Source: Thermodesulfobacteriota bacterium (GTDB taxonomy: Bacteria; Desulfobacterota_D; UBA1144; Nemesobacterales; Mycalebacteriaceae). Taken from it: a stretch of 64,000 bases of DNA. Below are positions 48,251-58,488 of the stretch, one piece after another. Below the pieces are notes generated by a model, which saw only the letters and a list, made by a program, of their open reading frames with translations, searched no databases and was not told the origin of the DNA. Location of the stretch: assembly GCA_965205855.1 (NCBI GenBank), contig OZ242184.1, positions 544,001-608,000 of the forward strand, written 5' to 3'. The position numbers and the translations under genes were made by a program. Within the stretch, counting starts at the first letter, position 1, and each line of letters starts with the position of its first letter.

Positions 48251-48932
48251 ATTTGAGTATCAGCCAGGCTATTTTTGCGCCGGCTTTAACGCTTCCGAGA
48301 AGCGTGCCGCTTATTTTGGAAGTTCCCGTTCTTTTTCTGTATCTCACGGGAATTTCCGCGCACCTTAAGCCATTTTTGGCGGCTTTTATCTGCATTTCAA
48401 CCGTCCACCCGTAGCCCTCGTCCCGCATTTTCAATGTTTTAAGACTTGAGAATTTGATTGCCCTGAACGGGCCGAGGTCGGTGAATTTCACTCCGAAAAG
48501 CGCGCTAAGCACAAAGCCCGCGAATCTGTTTCCCACCACCGTGTGCGGAGGCAACGCGCCGTTTTCCCGTTTTCCGGTGATTCGCGAACCGACAACAAAA
48601 TCCGCTTCTCCGCGCACAATCGGCCCGGTCAGCAGTGAGATTTCCGAGGGATAATCAGAATAATCCGCATCCAGAAAAACCACAATCTCCGGGAGACATC
48701 CGGATTTTCGGGATATGTGCCTGAGTCCGGCGAGACATGCCTTTCCGTATCCGCGCGCGGGCTCGTCAACCACAACCGCTCCCGCTTCGCGGGCTTTTGA
48801 GGCGGTTGAATCCGTTGAGCCATTGTTTACGACGACTATCTCCGCGACATTCTCACGCGGGATTTCCCTGACAACCCCGCCGACCGACAACTCTTCGTTC
48901 AGCGCCGGAATTACAACAGCGACATTTTTCAC
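48243..48932 (-). CDS. Family 2 glycosyltransferase (DPM synthase-like)
   Basis: VIPALNEE, VVNNGSTD, FLDADYSD, GSR, TDLGPFRAI, YGWTVEMQ. Confidence 0.9.
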   Translation of the reverse strand: MKNVAVVIPALNEELSVGGVVREIPRENVAEIVVVNNGSTDSTASKAREAGAVVVDEPARGYGKACLAGLRHISRKSGCLPEIVVFLDADYSDYPSEISLLTGPIVRGEADFVVGSRITGKRENGALPPHTVVGNRFAGFVLSALFGVKFTDLGPFRAIKFSSLKTLKMRDEGYGWTVEMQIKAAKNGLRCAEIPVRYRKRTGTSKISGTLLGSVKAGAKIAWLILKYA

Positions 48933-48941
48933 ATCTTCTCC

Positions 48942-51938
48942 CTACACATTTTTCAACTCCGCGGAGGGAAGAACGCAGATATAGCGTTCAACCGGTTTTT
49001 CCCCGTGGATTTTTTCAATCGCTTTGCAGTAGAAATCAATCTGTTCGGCATATTTCTCGAGTTCAAACGAATCAGTGTATTTGTAGTCCACAATAACCTT
49101 TCCTTTGTCTGTTTCAAGAAGAAGGTCTACCTTTCCGTTGCGGATTTCCCTCCCGTCCGCGCGGTCGTTTTCAATCGTGAACTCGTATTCCTTCCACAGA
49201 TTTTTCGCTTTGCGCACCATTTCCGCGAGTGGGGATTTTAGTGCATTTTCCGCGCATTGCCTCACTGACCCTTGGACCGATTTTGCGGATTCAAAGCTTT
49301 CTGTCGCAACAAATTTCGCAACACTCTCAATCGACTCCGGTGAAAAATCCCATATCTCAAAAAACCTGTGGATAATCTCTCCTTCTTCCGCCTTTGTTGT
49401 CGTACAAAACCTGCCCGGAGATTCCCCGGTTTCCTCCTCTTCGTACAGCGGGCGCAAGCTCTCCGCCGTAACCCTGTCTTTCCCGTCCCGGTGGCGCTTC
49501 TCTTTACCTTCCACCGTTTTTCCCCTGATAGCGGGGGTTTCTCCCGCCTTACCTTCAAAACCGGGCATCTGTTTCAATCCGCTTTCAATTATTCCGGCAA
49601 GACTTGAGTGGTTGGATATGCCGGTGTGTCTCCGGGTCAATATCATATCTCCGGCTCTTGTCATTGTTACATAAAGTATTCTTTTTTCTTCTTCTTCGGA
49701 TCCCGACTCCGCGATTTCCTTCCAGATTCCGATTCCGCACCGGTCGTGGCAGACCATAACTCCACGACCCGTGCCGACCGCTATATTGCCGCGGTTGGCC
49801 ACCGGCGCGTAGTTCGTATCGGCAAGAAAAACCACCGGAAATTCAAGCCCTTTTGACGCGTGGCTTGTCATAAGACTTACGGAATTGCCCGGCTCGTCAA
49901 CCGCCGCGGAACCGCCGCTGTTCTTTGCGGCCTCAAAGCGGCTTACGGCTTCAGGCAACCCCGTTCCTTCCCAGGTGAATTGAGCGCATATTTCGACAAA
50001 TTTCATTATGTTTGAGCGGATTTGCCGTCCGTTGTCCAGCGCAAGCGCCCCGGCCGCATAGCCGAGGTCATACGCGGCGAACCGCGCGGTTTGAAGTGGT
50101 GAGGAAATGTTAATCTTCTTTCTTTTCTCAACTATTGAAAGCAGATAACGCGCCGCCTGTTCATGCTCTTTTCCGCCGCCGCGGGAGAGCATTTTCAAAA
50201 ACCCGTTGTATGAAGGTGTTTGCCGCTTTTTTTTCTCGGAAAAATACCGCATGAGTCCGGTGTCTGAGATTCCGAAAAAGGGCGACCTTAAAACGGCGGC
50301 TTCGGCTTTTTCATCAAGCGGGTTTATGATGAATTTCATCATTGAAACAATGTCCCTGATTTCCGCGAGCCCGAAAAATCCGGTTCCTCCCGTCCGTTTG
50401 AACGGCAGGCATGCGCGCCGTAAAGCTTTTTCATAGATTTTTATGTTGCTTGATCTTCTGAAGATAAGGGCAATGTCCGAGAGTGAGTAACCGCCGGTTT
50501 TAGTGAGCGCGGATATTTTTTCCGCTATGTGTGCCGCTTCATTTGCTCTTGTTTCTTCCGCGGAGTTCCCTTCCGCCGGAAAAGTCTCAAATACGCCCGC
50601 AGATTCGCGTCCCGCTTTCATGGGTTTGTAGTCGTCAAAAATGTTCTCAAAAAACCCATTAAGAAAATCCGTCAGTTTTGACGAGGTTCTGTAATTTGTC
50701 GGCAGGCGAAATTTCTCAAACTCCGGCGAGGCCAGAATGTCGCGGAAAAGTCCCGGCTCAGCTCCCCTGAATCCGTAGATGGATTGCAGCATGTCTCCGA
50801 CAACTATGAGTTTTCCCTTTTCGCCGTACAGAAGCTCAATCAGTTCGTATTGCAATGAATCAGTGTCCTGAAACTCGTCCACCATTATCAACCCGAACCG
50901 TTCCCGGTAGCGTCCGCGCACGGAGTGGTTTTTTCTTAGAATCCCCGTTGCGTTTATGAGCAGGTCTTCATATTCAATCGCCGAGTTTTGAATTTTCAAC
51001 TTCTCGCATTGCTTGAGCGCTTCTTCAACAACCGGAATATAGAGACCGGTTAGCTTCGCGTTGAGAAAGTCTGCCGCCGCCGTTGCGTGCGCCGCCATTT
51101 TTTCCGCGGCTTGTTTTTCCCCTACGCTCGCTTTTTTCATATCTGCAACTGCTTCCATTTCCCGCGCCGCCTCTTTGAAATTGAGGCAGAGAAATCCGTC
51201 CGGCGCGGAGGGGTTTATTTTCTCCGCGGCTTTTTCAAATCTTTTGCGCGCGTAAGTTGTGGAAAAAACCTTTTCGTTTTCCTCAAACATTTTCAGTAAT
51301 GACTCCGCGCCGGGGGGATGCCCGTTACCAGGCGCAAGGTCTGGCGAAAGAAGAGGGGGACGCAGGTGTTTCTGCGCCGTTTCGCGGATTATATGCGCGA
51401 TATTTTTCAAAACGGTATCCAGATTGAACAACTCATTTTTCAGCAATTCATCCAGCGCCTCCGATGCCGCTCCCGAACCCGTGCGGAGTTTCAGCACCGT
51501 CTCAAGGACAGACCTTTCCAGTATCTCTTCCGTAGCACTCTGCTGTGCGATTTTAAAACCTCCCGTCCAGTTCGTATCAAAAAGATTTTCTTTCATAATG
51601 CGCGCCGCAAGCCCGTGGATTGTGCTTATCTGGGCGGTGGAAATTTTGGCAAGCGTGTCCGTATTGAGATTTCCGCACTCGCCGAACTCTTTTATGTAAG
51701 CGCCGATACCGGCGCCCAGGCGCTCCCTAATCTCCGCCGCGGCGTTTTCCGTAAAAGTTATGGCGACAATTGAGTCTATTCCAGATTTTCCCGATTCCAG
51801 CTCGACAAGGCAACGCGCGACCAGAAGCCGGGTCTTGCCCGTTCCCGCGCCTGCGGAAACGGCGATACGTCTTGCCTCCGACCTTACAATTTCGGACTGT
51901 TCAGGGTTCAGTTCCAAAAGCTGCGCGACTTTTTCCAT
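48942..51938 (-). CDS. addA: ATP-dependent helicase/nuclease subunit A (AddA/UvrD-type)
   Basis: Walker A AGAGTGKT, ITFT.NAA.E, STIH, VDEFQDT, VGD..QSIYGFRGA, NYR, HASKGLEF, LYVTMTRA, C-terminal G.VDLL...IVDYK nuclease. Start overlaps the addB stop. Confidence 0.9.
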   Translation of the reverse strand: MEKVAQLLELNPEQSEIVRSEARRIAVSAGAGTGKTRLLVARCLVELESGKSGIDSIVAITFTENAAAEIRERLGAGIGAYIKEFGECGNLNTDTLAKISTAQISTIHGLAARIMKENLFDTNWTGGFKIAQQSATEEILERSVLETVLKLRTGSGAASEALDELLKNELFNLDTVLKNIAHIIRETAQKHLRPPLLSPDLAPGNGHPPGAESLLKMFEENEKVFSTTYARKRFEKAAEKINPSAPDGFLCLNFKEAAREMEAVADMKKASVGEKQAAEKMAAHATAAADFLNAKLTGLYIPVVEEALKQCEKLKIQNSAIEYEDLLINATGILRKNHSVRGRYRERFGLIMVDEFQDTDSLQYELIELLYGEKGKLIVVGDMLQSIYGFRGAEPGLFRDILASPEFEKFRLPTNYRTSSKLTDFLNGFFENIFDDYKPMKAGRESAGVFETFPAEGNSAEETRANEAAHIAEKISALTKTGGYSLSDIALIFRRSSNIKIYEKALRRACLPFKRTGGTGFFGLAEIRDIVSMMKFIINPLDEKAEAAVLRSPFFGISDTGLMRYFSEKKKRQTPSYNGFLKMLSRGGGKEHEQAARYLLSIVEKRKKINISSPLQTARFAAYDLGYAAGALALDNGRQIRSNIMKFVEICAQFTWEGTGLPEAVSRFEAAKNSGGSAAVDEPGNSVSLMTSHASKGLEFPVVFLADTNYAPVANRGNIAVGTGRGVMVCHDRCGIGIWKEIAESGSEEEEKRILYVTMTRAGDMILTRRHTGISNHSSLAGIIESGLKQMPGFEGKAGETPAIRGKTVEGKEKRHRDGKDRVTAESLRPLYEEEETGESPGRFCTTTKAEEGEIIHRFFEIWDFSPESIESVAKFVATESFESAKSVQGSVRQCAENALKSPLAEMVRKAKNLWKEYEFTIENDRADGREIRNGKVDLLLETDKGKVIVDYKYTDSFELEKYAEQIDFYCKAIEKIHGEKPVERYICVLPSAELKNV

Positions 51939-54814
51939 CACACGTCTTCCTTCTCCGCTTTGCGCAAAACGCCGTCTTTGAGCCTGCATATGTCGGAATA
52001 GGAACATGTGCCGCAAGGGCGGTCAGTTCTTTTCAGGAAAATCTTCCTTTCATACGGGAACCCATAAGGCTTTGCCACGGGAACAGGAGAGAAAAATCCT
52101 TGTTTTATGAGGTTGATATTGCTCCGCGCAAGATCCGTCGCCTCTTCAACGGGAATGCCGCCCCTGCCGTCTGCTGTTCTCGCGTTTTCTTCCCACGGTT
52201 TTTCCACCGAAACATAAGCCGCCGCCGCAGGTCTGATTTGAAGGTCCCGTGAGATTTGCCCTAGGTAGAGCGGAACCTGAACATTCGCGCGATCGCAGAA
52301 GGGGCCGGAGTGTTTCACCGACCCTTTCTTGTAGTCAACTACGCGCGCGCCTGCAGGCGATATGTCCATTCTGTCTAGTCTTCCCCTTATTTCAGTGCCG
52401 TCAATTTGAATAAGCACTTCGCTTTCAAAAAGCTCCGGTTTGAAATTTCCCTTCCGCATTCTTTCTTTTTCAAACTCTACAAACCTTCCAGCAATCAACC
52501 GCGCCCGCTCTTTTTGCAGTTTCCACACATCGTCCGACACGCGGCAGTGCAATTTTTTTGTCTCCGCGTCGTTCAGAAATTCGTGAAGAACCCTGTCCGT
52601 CTCGCTTGCCGTTTTTTCCCACGGGCTTGAGTCCGTTCCGTGGGAGAAAATATGTTTCAGCGCGGCGTGATAAAGCTTTCCCGTGTCAGAAGCGGCCGGG
52701 ATTTCTCCGGTTTTCGAAACTTCTTTGATTCCGAGGACATCCGAGCAGAAAAACATAAAGGGACATGTGCCGAATTTTTCCACGCCGCTCACACTCATAT
52801 TTTTCCACACACTTTCTTCGGTTTGAGGCACTATTCCCTCAAAGGCGCCGAATTTCCCTTCGGCGGCAAGGCGCTCATTCTCCGCCGCCGCTCCTTTGCC
52901 CGCAGTGTCGGCCAGGTTGAAAAACGGGTCGTTTTCCCGGAGCAGTTTTTCAAGAGATTTTGGAATTTTCCCCTCACGGTCAAACGCTTCGGCTCTCACC
53001 GATTCGGTGCAATAGGGGTTTTGAAGCAGTTCGGTCACATCGCGCTTCCGTTCTTCCATGACGGAGTTTTGAGCGAGTTCTTCAATAAAATGAGAGCGGT
53101 TTTTTCTTTCTCCTTCAGTGCCGGCAAGTGAAAAAGAGATATGCAATTCCTCATCCGCGCATGCGAGAACGGAATGCCATATCAACTTCTCGTCCTTAAA
53201 GTGAGCGGCGTCCGACGTGAGCGCGTCGAAGCCATAGCATCCGTTTATGAGTTTTTTTTCATCATCGTTGAAAATCGCGTTGCCGGGCGGCAACGGAAAC
53301 GATTGTTCGCAACAATCGAGAACAAAAACGATTGGATATGAGGTTCCCCGTGATTGGAGAGCATTCATAATCCGCACGCACGGCGCTCTGGAATGAGTTC
53401 TGAGAGAATAAGAACGCCCGATTAGAAGTTCGGAGAGCAGCCCGGAAAACTCCTCGTGCGTCAAGGTTTTTCCGCCCGTTTTTTTGCATAGAAAAGCCGC
53501 CTCTCTGAGAAGTTTCCTTGTTTCTTCAAACGAGCGGTCGCGCAGGGGATTTTGATACGCCCCGGTTTTGTCAATAAGGGACGAAAGCCCCTCAAACATC
53601 GTGCCTGCCGTAAGGGGACTGCAGTTTGTACAAAGAGCCTCAGACACCATATCTTTCAGTTCGGTTATTTTTGAAAGCGCTTTCTGGCTGTTCTGTGCGT
53701 TGCGCAGCGGTTTGGTAATTCGCTCAAAATCTTTCTCCTCCGTTTCGCGGCGCGCGCCGGTTTTGATGAACTCCGATTCCATCTCCGATATGGCTTCGGG
53801 GGCATTGTCAGTTTCGGCGAAAAAGGGTTCCAGCATCGGGTTTCTGAGCAGCCGTATAAACTCCGCGGCACCGAATCCGCTTTGCGCGGCGGCAAGAAAG
53901 TCTTTCAAAAGAACCGATATGCCCGAAGCCGAGCCGAGCCGGATTCCGGATTGAAAAGTGAATGGAACTCCGTTTTTTTTGAAAATCTCCGCTACTGCGT
54001 AGCTGACCGAAGACAGTTCGCGGATAATCACGGCAAAATCCTCCGGGCTTCTTCCGCCGTCAATCATTCTTCTTATTTCCGCCGCGGTAGAATCTGCCTC
54101 ATTTGTCATCAACGGAAACGGGGACAGAAAAATTCTCGGTTTGTCCGCGCCTTTGCGCGGTTGCGCGGTAACCAGCAGGGATGGTATGCCGCCGGTCTCC
54201 GCCGCCTCAAGAATTTTCAGTTGAGACGGCGTGAGACTGTGAAACCCCGCCGCGACTATCCTTGACACATTCGCGCATACGCCGTGGGTTTTTTTTGCCT
54301 CAATTTCTCCCGCGAGGCTCCGTAGCGCGATTGTGTCGTCAATCATCGAAAATTTTTCCACAAGCGCGTCAAACTCGGCTAAAATAGGCTCTATCGCGGC
54401 AAGTTTCTCAAACGTTTCTTTTGGCAGTTTCTCTTTTCCTTTCTCCAGAATTGAATATGCGCTCAAGCCTCTCTGCTTGAGTCTCGCGTTCAGCCTGAGT
54501 AGCAAGTCGCTCAATTCTGTCCCGAAACGGTTTTCCGAAGACCGGTTTTCCAGAGCCTTGCGCATCAGAATGGCTCTTCCCGTTCGTGAAAGAATCTGCT
54601 TTCGCCCGCTTCCAAGCGCGTTGTGGTTTCGCGCAAGGTCTACGAAAGTTTTTATGAACGGTGCCGAATCGGTGTTCGCAAACACTTTCTTCGCGTGCGC
54701 CACCGCCGGCATATCGGGCAGAATAAGCAGATCCCCGCCGGGACCCGGCTTAACATTCAGACCTTTCAGAGCGCCGCTTCGGTGAAGCGAACCGGAAAAA
54801 GAGATTGTTTTCAT
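51938..54814 (-). CDS. addB: AddB-like PD-(D/E)XK nuclease subunit with Fe-S staple
   Basis: SVSGVEKFGTCPFMFF, GRLDRMD, VVDYK, Q.PLY, C..C.Y..IC; coupled to addA. Confidence 0.85.
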   Translation of the reverse strand: MKTISFSGSLHRSGALKGLNVKPGPGGDLLILPDMPAVAHAKKVFANTDSAPFIKTFVDLARNHNALGSGRKQILSRTGRAILMRKALENRSSENRFGTELSDLLLRLNARLKQRGLSAYSILEKGKEKLPKETFEKLAAIEPILAEFDALVEKFSMIDDTIALRSLAGEIEAKKTHGVCANVSRIVAAGFHSLTPSQLKILEAAETGGIPSLLVTAQPRKGADKPRIFLSPFPLMTNEADSTAAEIRRMIDGGRSPEDFAVIIRELSSVSYAVAEIFKKNGVPFTFQSGIRLGSASGISVLLKDFLAAAQSGFGAAEFIRLLRNPMLEPFFAETDNAPEAISEMESEFIKTGARRETEEKDFERITKPLRNAQNSQKALSKITELKDMVSEALCTNCSPLTAGTMFEGLSSLIDKTGAYQNPLRDRSFEETRKLLREAAFLCKKTGGKTLTHEEFSGLLSELLIGRSYSLRTHSRAPCVRIMNALQSRGTSYPIVFVLDCCEQSFPLPPGNAIFNDDEKKLINGCYGFDALTSDAAHFKDEKLIWHSVLACADEELHISFSLAGTEGERKNRSHFIEELAQNSVMEERKRDVTELLQNPYCTESVRAEAFDREGKIPKSLEKLLRENDPFFNLADTAGKGAAAENERLAAEGKFGAFEGIVPQTEESVWKNMSVSGVEKFGTCPFMFFCSDVLGIKEVSKTGEIPAASDTGKLYHAALKHIFSHGTDSSPWEKTASETDRVLHEFLNDAETKKLHCRVSDDVWKLQKERARLIAGRFVEFEKERMRKGNFKPELFESEVLIQIDGTEIRGRLDRMDISPAGARVVDYKKGSVKHSGPFCDRANVQVPLYLGQISRDLQIRPAAAAYVSVEKPWEENARTADGRGGIPVEEATDLARSNINLIKQGFFSPVPVAKPYGFPYERKIFLKRTDRPCGTCSYSDICRLKDGVLRKAEKEDV

Positions 54815-54916
54815 AAATGACTCTCAGGCAGAGAGTATAAAAGAGACCTTGAGACATTGAAATTCACATACATACAATCACGCACAAAGCGACGGCAAGT
54901 CCGTGAATTTTTGCCG

Positions 54917-54993
54917 TGGCGTCCCCGGAGGGATTTGAACCCCCGACCCCAGGATTAGGAATCCTGTGCTCTGTCCAGCTGAGCTACGGGGAC
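54917..54993 (-). tRNA. tRNA-Arg (CCT) with encoded CCA
   Basis: Minus strand gtccccgtagctcagctggacagagca-cagga-ttCCTaa-tcctg-gggtcgggggttcaaatccctccggggacgcca. Confidence 0.97.
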
Positions 54994-55076
54994 TTTGAAA
55001 CGAGACGCCGCGCGGAGCTATTCTAACCACCTTCCCGCCATATTTGAAAGTCGTAGAAAATTAGCCGCACTATATC

Positions 55077-55123
55077 TTGATTTTTAGCCATGCTTTATGT
55101 TAAAGTTAACTATACCTAAATTT
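55077..55123 (+). promoter_or_regulatory. Putative sigma70 promoter overlapped by a DtxR/MntR-type operator
   Basis: TTGATT (55077) and TGn-TAAAGT (55101). Imperfect palindrome AAAGTTAACTATACCTAAATTT (55102-55123) resembles TTAGG-TATA-CCTAA DtxR-family boxes and lies just upstream of the repressor gene. Confidence 0.6.
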
Positions 55124-55135
55124 TTGGGGGAATGC

Positions 55136-55846
55136 ATGTTCAATCAGACCACTCAGGACTATTTGAAGGTTATCTACAAACTCGGAGAAAACTCGGAGAG
55201 GGTTTCCACCAAATCCATAGCGGAAACTCTCAAGGTTTCCGCTCCGTCCGTTACGGAGATGACAAGAAAACTCGCCGCGAAAAAACTGCTTGTCTATAAA
55301 CCGTATCGCGGAGTTGAGCTCACAAAAGCGGGAGAGAAGATAGCCATTGAGATGATAAGACACCACAGGCTCATAGAACTTTACCTTCAGGAAGCTCTCG
55401 GAATTCCGTGGGACAAAGTTCATGAAGAGGCAGAAAAATGGGAGCATTTTATATCCGAAGACATAGAAGACAGAATTGACGAGAAGCTCGGATTTCCAAA
55501 GGTTGACCCTCACGGGGCGCAGATACCCACGCGTAGCGGCGTGTTGCCGATACGGAGAAAATGCGAGGGTCTGCAAACCCTTGAGGCGGGAGACAAGGGT
55601 GTTGTGGCGGAGGTGAGTGACCATGATTCGGAACTGCTCGGCTATCTAGGGAACATAGACGTGTTTCCCCGCAGCGTTGTTGAGGTGAAATCCGTGGAGC
55701 CGTTTGAAGGCCCCATGACGATAATGGTGAACGGACGCAAGCGCGTCATAGGAAGGAATATAGCGATGTATATATCTATTACGGAAGTGGAGAGGAAAAC
55801 GGCGGAGACCGGAAAAACCGCAAAAGCCGCGGGTGGAAAAAGATGA
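55136..55846 (+). CDS. mntR: DtxR/MntR-family metal-dependent repressor with FeoA/SH3 domain
   Basis: QDYLKVIY, HTH SAPSVTEM, RHHRLIELYL, HEEAEKWEH, DPHGAQIP, C-terminal FeoA-like domain. Likely start ATG 55136 after gggggaa. Confidence 0.88.
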   Translation: MFNQTTQDYLKVIYKLGENSERVSTKSIAETLKVSAPSVTEMTRKLAAKKLLVYKPYRGVELTKAGEKIAIEMIRHHRLIELYLQEALGIPWDKVHEEAEKWEHFISEDIEDRIDEKLGFPKVDPHGAQIPTRSGVLPIRRKCEGLQTLEAGDKGVVAEVSDHDSELLGYLGNIDVFPRSVVEVKSVEPFEGPMTIMVNGRKRVIGRNIAMYISITEVERKTAETGKTAKAAGGKR

Positions 55847-56835
55847 GACTTGCCGCTTTTCTCGCGACAGTTGCCGTGTTGCTTTCCCCTTACCCTGCAG
55901 GCGCTCATGACCTTGTCGCGACGCATGTGCACGGCGGGATAAAAGTTGTTTCCACAACGGGAATTGTCAACGACGTTGTTACCAATATCGGAGGCGACAG
56001 GGTTTCGGTAAAATTTCTCATGGGACCGGGAGTTGATCCTCACCTTTACAAGGCAACCGCCGGGGACATTAAAACGCTTGCCGGAGCGGATGTTATTTTC
56101 TATCACGGGCTCCACCTTGAAGGGAAGATTTCCGATGTTCTGGAAAGTATGGACAAAAGGCGGATAAAAACCGTCGCAGTTTCGCGCGATATTCCCGAAT
56201 CAATGCTAATTCCCGTTGGTAAAAAAGGCGTTTTTGACCCCCACGTGTGGTTTGATCCGCATTTGTGGATTTTCGCCGTTCGCGCGGTGTCGCAGACGCT
56301 TTCAGAGATGGACCCCGCAAACGCCGGTTTCTACTCGGAAAACACCCGGAACTATATTGCGAAACTTCTTGAACTTGACAGGTATGCGGAAAAGATGGTT
56401 TCCGCGGTTCCGGAAAACAAGAAATTCATTGTAACCTCGCATGATGCTTTCGGATATTTTGCCAGAGCTTACGGGTTTAAGGTAACGGCGCTTCAAGGTG
56501 TCAGCACGGTTTCCGAAGCTTCAATCTCCGATGTTCATCACACAGTGAAAACAATAATAGACAAAGGTCTTCCCGCTATTTTTACGGAATCCTCAATTTC
56601 CCCAAGGTATATCAATACGGTAAAAGAGGCGGTGGAATTTTCTGGCATGTCGGTCAAAATCGGTGGCAAGCTCTACTCTGACGCTCTCGGAAGCCCGGAG
56701 TCCCGTCAGGGAAGTTTCTACGGAATGTTTAAACACAACGTTGACACCATCTGCTTTTCTCTTTCGGGCGGTGCGAGCCGTGAACTCGCCGTGGCTCCGG
56801 GGAAAGAGTTTCCAGAAGCGAAGCAGTATCGTTGA
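55843..56835 (+). CDS. mntA: Mn/Zn/Fe ABC transporter substrate-binding protein (TroA/MntA)
   Basis: Signal peptide; GVDPHLY, GLHLEG, DPHVWFDP, HDAFGYF, LYSDALG. Confidence 0.9.
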   Translation: MRLAAFLATVAVLLSPYPAGAHDLVATHVHGGIKVVSTTGIVNDVVTNIGGDRVSVKFLMGPGVDPHLYKATAGDIKTLAGADVIFYHGLHLEGKISDVLESMDKRRIKTVAVSRDIPESMLIPVGKKGVFDPHVWFDPHLWIFAVRAVSQTLSEMDPANAGFYSENTRNYIAKLLELDRYAEKMVSAVPENKKFIVTSHDAFGYFARAYGFKVTALQGVSTVSEASISDVHHTVKTIIDKGLPAIFTESSISPRYINTVKEAVEFSGMSVKIGGKLYSDALGSPESRQGSFYGMFKHNVDTICFSLSGGASRELAVAPGKEFPEAKQYR

Positions 56836-57614
56836 GCGGGCGATATCAGAGAGAGGCGGCAAATCCCCTTGAAATTGAGGGGTTGACGGTTTCATACTCC
56901 GGAAACGTTGTTCTGTGGAATGTTTCGGTCTGTGTTCCCCGCGGTGCTTTAATGGCTGTTGTCGGTCCCAACGGAGCGGGCAAGACGACTCTGATAAGAG
57001 CGGTCCAGAACCTTTTGCCGAGAGCCGCCGGAAGGGTTTCTGTTTTCGGGGATTTCTATGAAAACTGCAGGAACAGGGTCGCGTATGTCCCTCAGCGCCA
57101 GAGTATTGACTGGAACTTTCCGGCAAGTGTTTCCGATGTTGTTCAGATGGGAACATATTCGTCCCTTGGTTGGATAAAAAGGCCGGGAGTTCGGGAGAAA
57201 AGAAAAACCTTTCAGGCACTTGAGAGAACCGGAATGGAGGAATTTTCCGACCGGCAAATAGGCGAGCTTTCTGGCGGACAGCGGCAGAGAGTTTTCATAG
57301 CGCGCTCTCTTGTTCAGGACGCGGACCTGTACCTGATGGATGAGCCGTTTGCGGGTGTTGACAAAACCACCGAAGGGGCAATTGCGCGGCTTATGGGGGA
57401 AATGAGAGAAGGTGGCAAAACAATAGTTGTTGTGCACCATGACCTTCAAACCGTTGCCGACTACTTTGACCGTATAATGCTGCTGAACCGCAAGGTTGTC
57501 GCGAGTGGGGAAGTCGGCAAAGTTTTTACCGATGAAAACATCCGCGTCGCCTACGGTTCGGGGGGGACGATTTTACGGCGGGAGAGACACTGGAAAGATG
57601 TGGTTTCCCGCTGA
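56832..57614 (+). CDS. mntB: Mn/Zn/Fe ABC transporter ATPase
   Basis: GPNGAGKTT, YVPQR..IDWNFP, LSGGQRQR, MDEPF, HHDL. Confidence 0.92.
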   Translation: MSGRYQREAANPLEIEGLTVSYSGNVVLWNVSVCVPRGALMAVVGPNGAGKTTLIRAVQNLLPRAAGRVSVFGDFYENCRNRVAYVPQRQSIDWNFPASVSDVVQMGTYSSLGWIKRPGVREKRKTFQALERTGMEEFSDRQIGELSGGQRQRVFIARSLVQDADLYLMDEPFAGVDKTTEGAIARLMGEMREGGKTIVVVHHDLQTVADYFDRIMLLNRKVVASGEVGKVFTDENIRVAYGSGGTILRRERHWKDVVSR

Positions 57615-58488
57615 CCTGTTTCCGAACTATACGGTTGCCGTGGTTGTGTCCGGTTCGATTTTTCTCGGACTCATTGCCGGCGCTTGCGGGACGGTTGTTT
57701 TTGTAAGAAAGGAAAGTCTCCTTGCCGATGCGGTTTCGCACGGATGTCTTCCGGGAATAGTTCTCGGCTTTATGGTTGCCGGCGCGAAATCACACGCCGC
57801 TTTGCTTGCGGGCGCCTTTATCTCCGCGCTCCTGACCGCGGGTTTTATCCGTCTTGCGCGCAAAAACCCTACAATCAAATTTGACAGCGCGCTTGCGATG
57901 GGTGTGTCAATTTCTTTCGGAATCGGCATTGTTTTGCTCACGGCGGTTCAGTCAAGCGGCATGTCGGGGCAGGCAGGGCTCGACAGGTTTCTGTTCGGTC
58001 AAGCGAGTGCGATGTCGCTTGGAGATGTTAAAACCATCTTTCTGGTCGCGGCCGTTTGTTTTATCCTGCTCGCGTTTTTTTGGAAGCAAATCAAGATATT
58101 GTGCTTTGACCGAGAATATGCGCAAAGCGCGGGATTTAGAACCCGTGCGACGGGTTTTTTTCTTAACACGATACTGGTTTCCACGATTGTAATCGGGATT
58201 GAAACGGCCGGCGTGGTGCTCATGTGTTCGATGCTGGTGGCTCCCGCAATCGCGGCAAGGCATCTGACCAATAAAATGGGCGCAATGGTTGCCGTTGCGG
58301 CGTTTATCGGAGCGGTGTCGGGTGCGGTGGGAGCGACCGCAAGCTGGCAATTCGCGAAACTCCCCGCCGGTCCCGCAATTGTCATCTGCGTTACGTTTCT
58401 CGCGCTTTTGTCTCTTCTTTTCGCGCCCGCAAACGGAATCATTACGGGGCTGTTGAAGACGCGGAGAACAACTGAAAATGAGTCATGA
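57598..58488 (+). CDS. mntC: Mn/Zn/Fe ABC transporter permease
   Basis: SLLADAVSHGCLPG, QAGLDRFLFGQA, FDREYA; ABC-3 family. Likely start 57598. Confidence 0.88.
   Translation: MWFPADLFPNYTVAVVVSGSIFLGLIAGACGTVVFVRKESLLADAVSHGCLPGIVLGFMVAGAKSHAALLAGAFISALLTAGFIRLARKNPTIKFDSALAMGVSISFGIGIVLLTAVQSSGMSGQAGLDRFLFGQASAMSLGDVKTIFLVAAVCFILLAFFWKQIKILCFDREYAQSAGFRTRATGFFLNTILVSTIVIGIETAGVVLMCSMLVAPAIAARHLTNKMGAMVAVAAFIGAVSGAVGATASWQFAKLPAGPAIVICVTFLALLSLLFAPANGIITGLLKTRRTTENES

Noticed and set aside
48942-54814. Helicase-nuclease pair as a novel defence system or dedicated shuffling machinery
   Set aside because: Motifs and gene order match housekeeping AddAB; proximity to the repeats is probably incidental.
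47500-54993. tRNAs as integration (att) sites for the island
   Set aside because: No integrase and no duplicated tRNA 3' end seen; the tRNAs are embedded among core genes more than 5 kb from the island edge.
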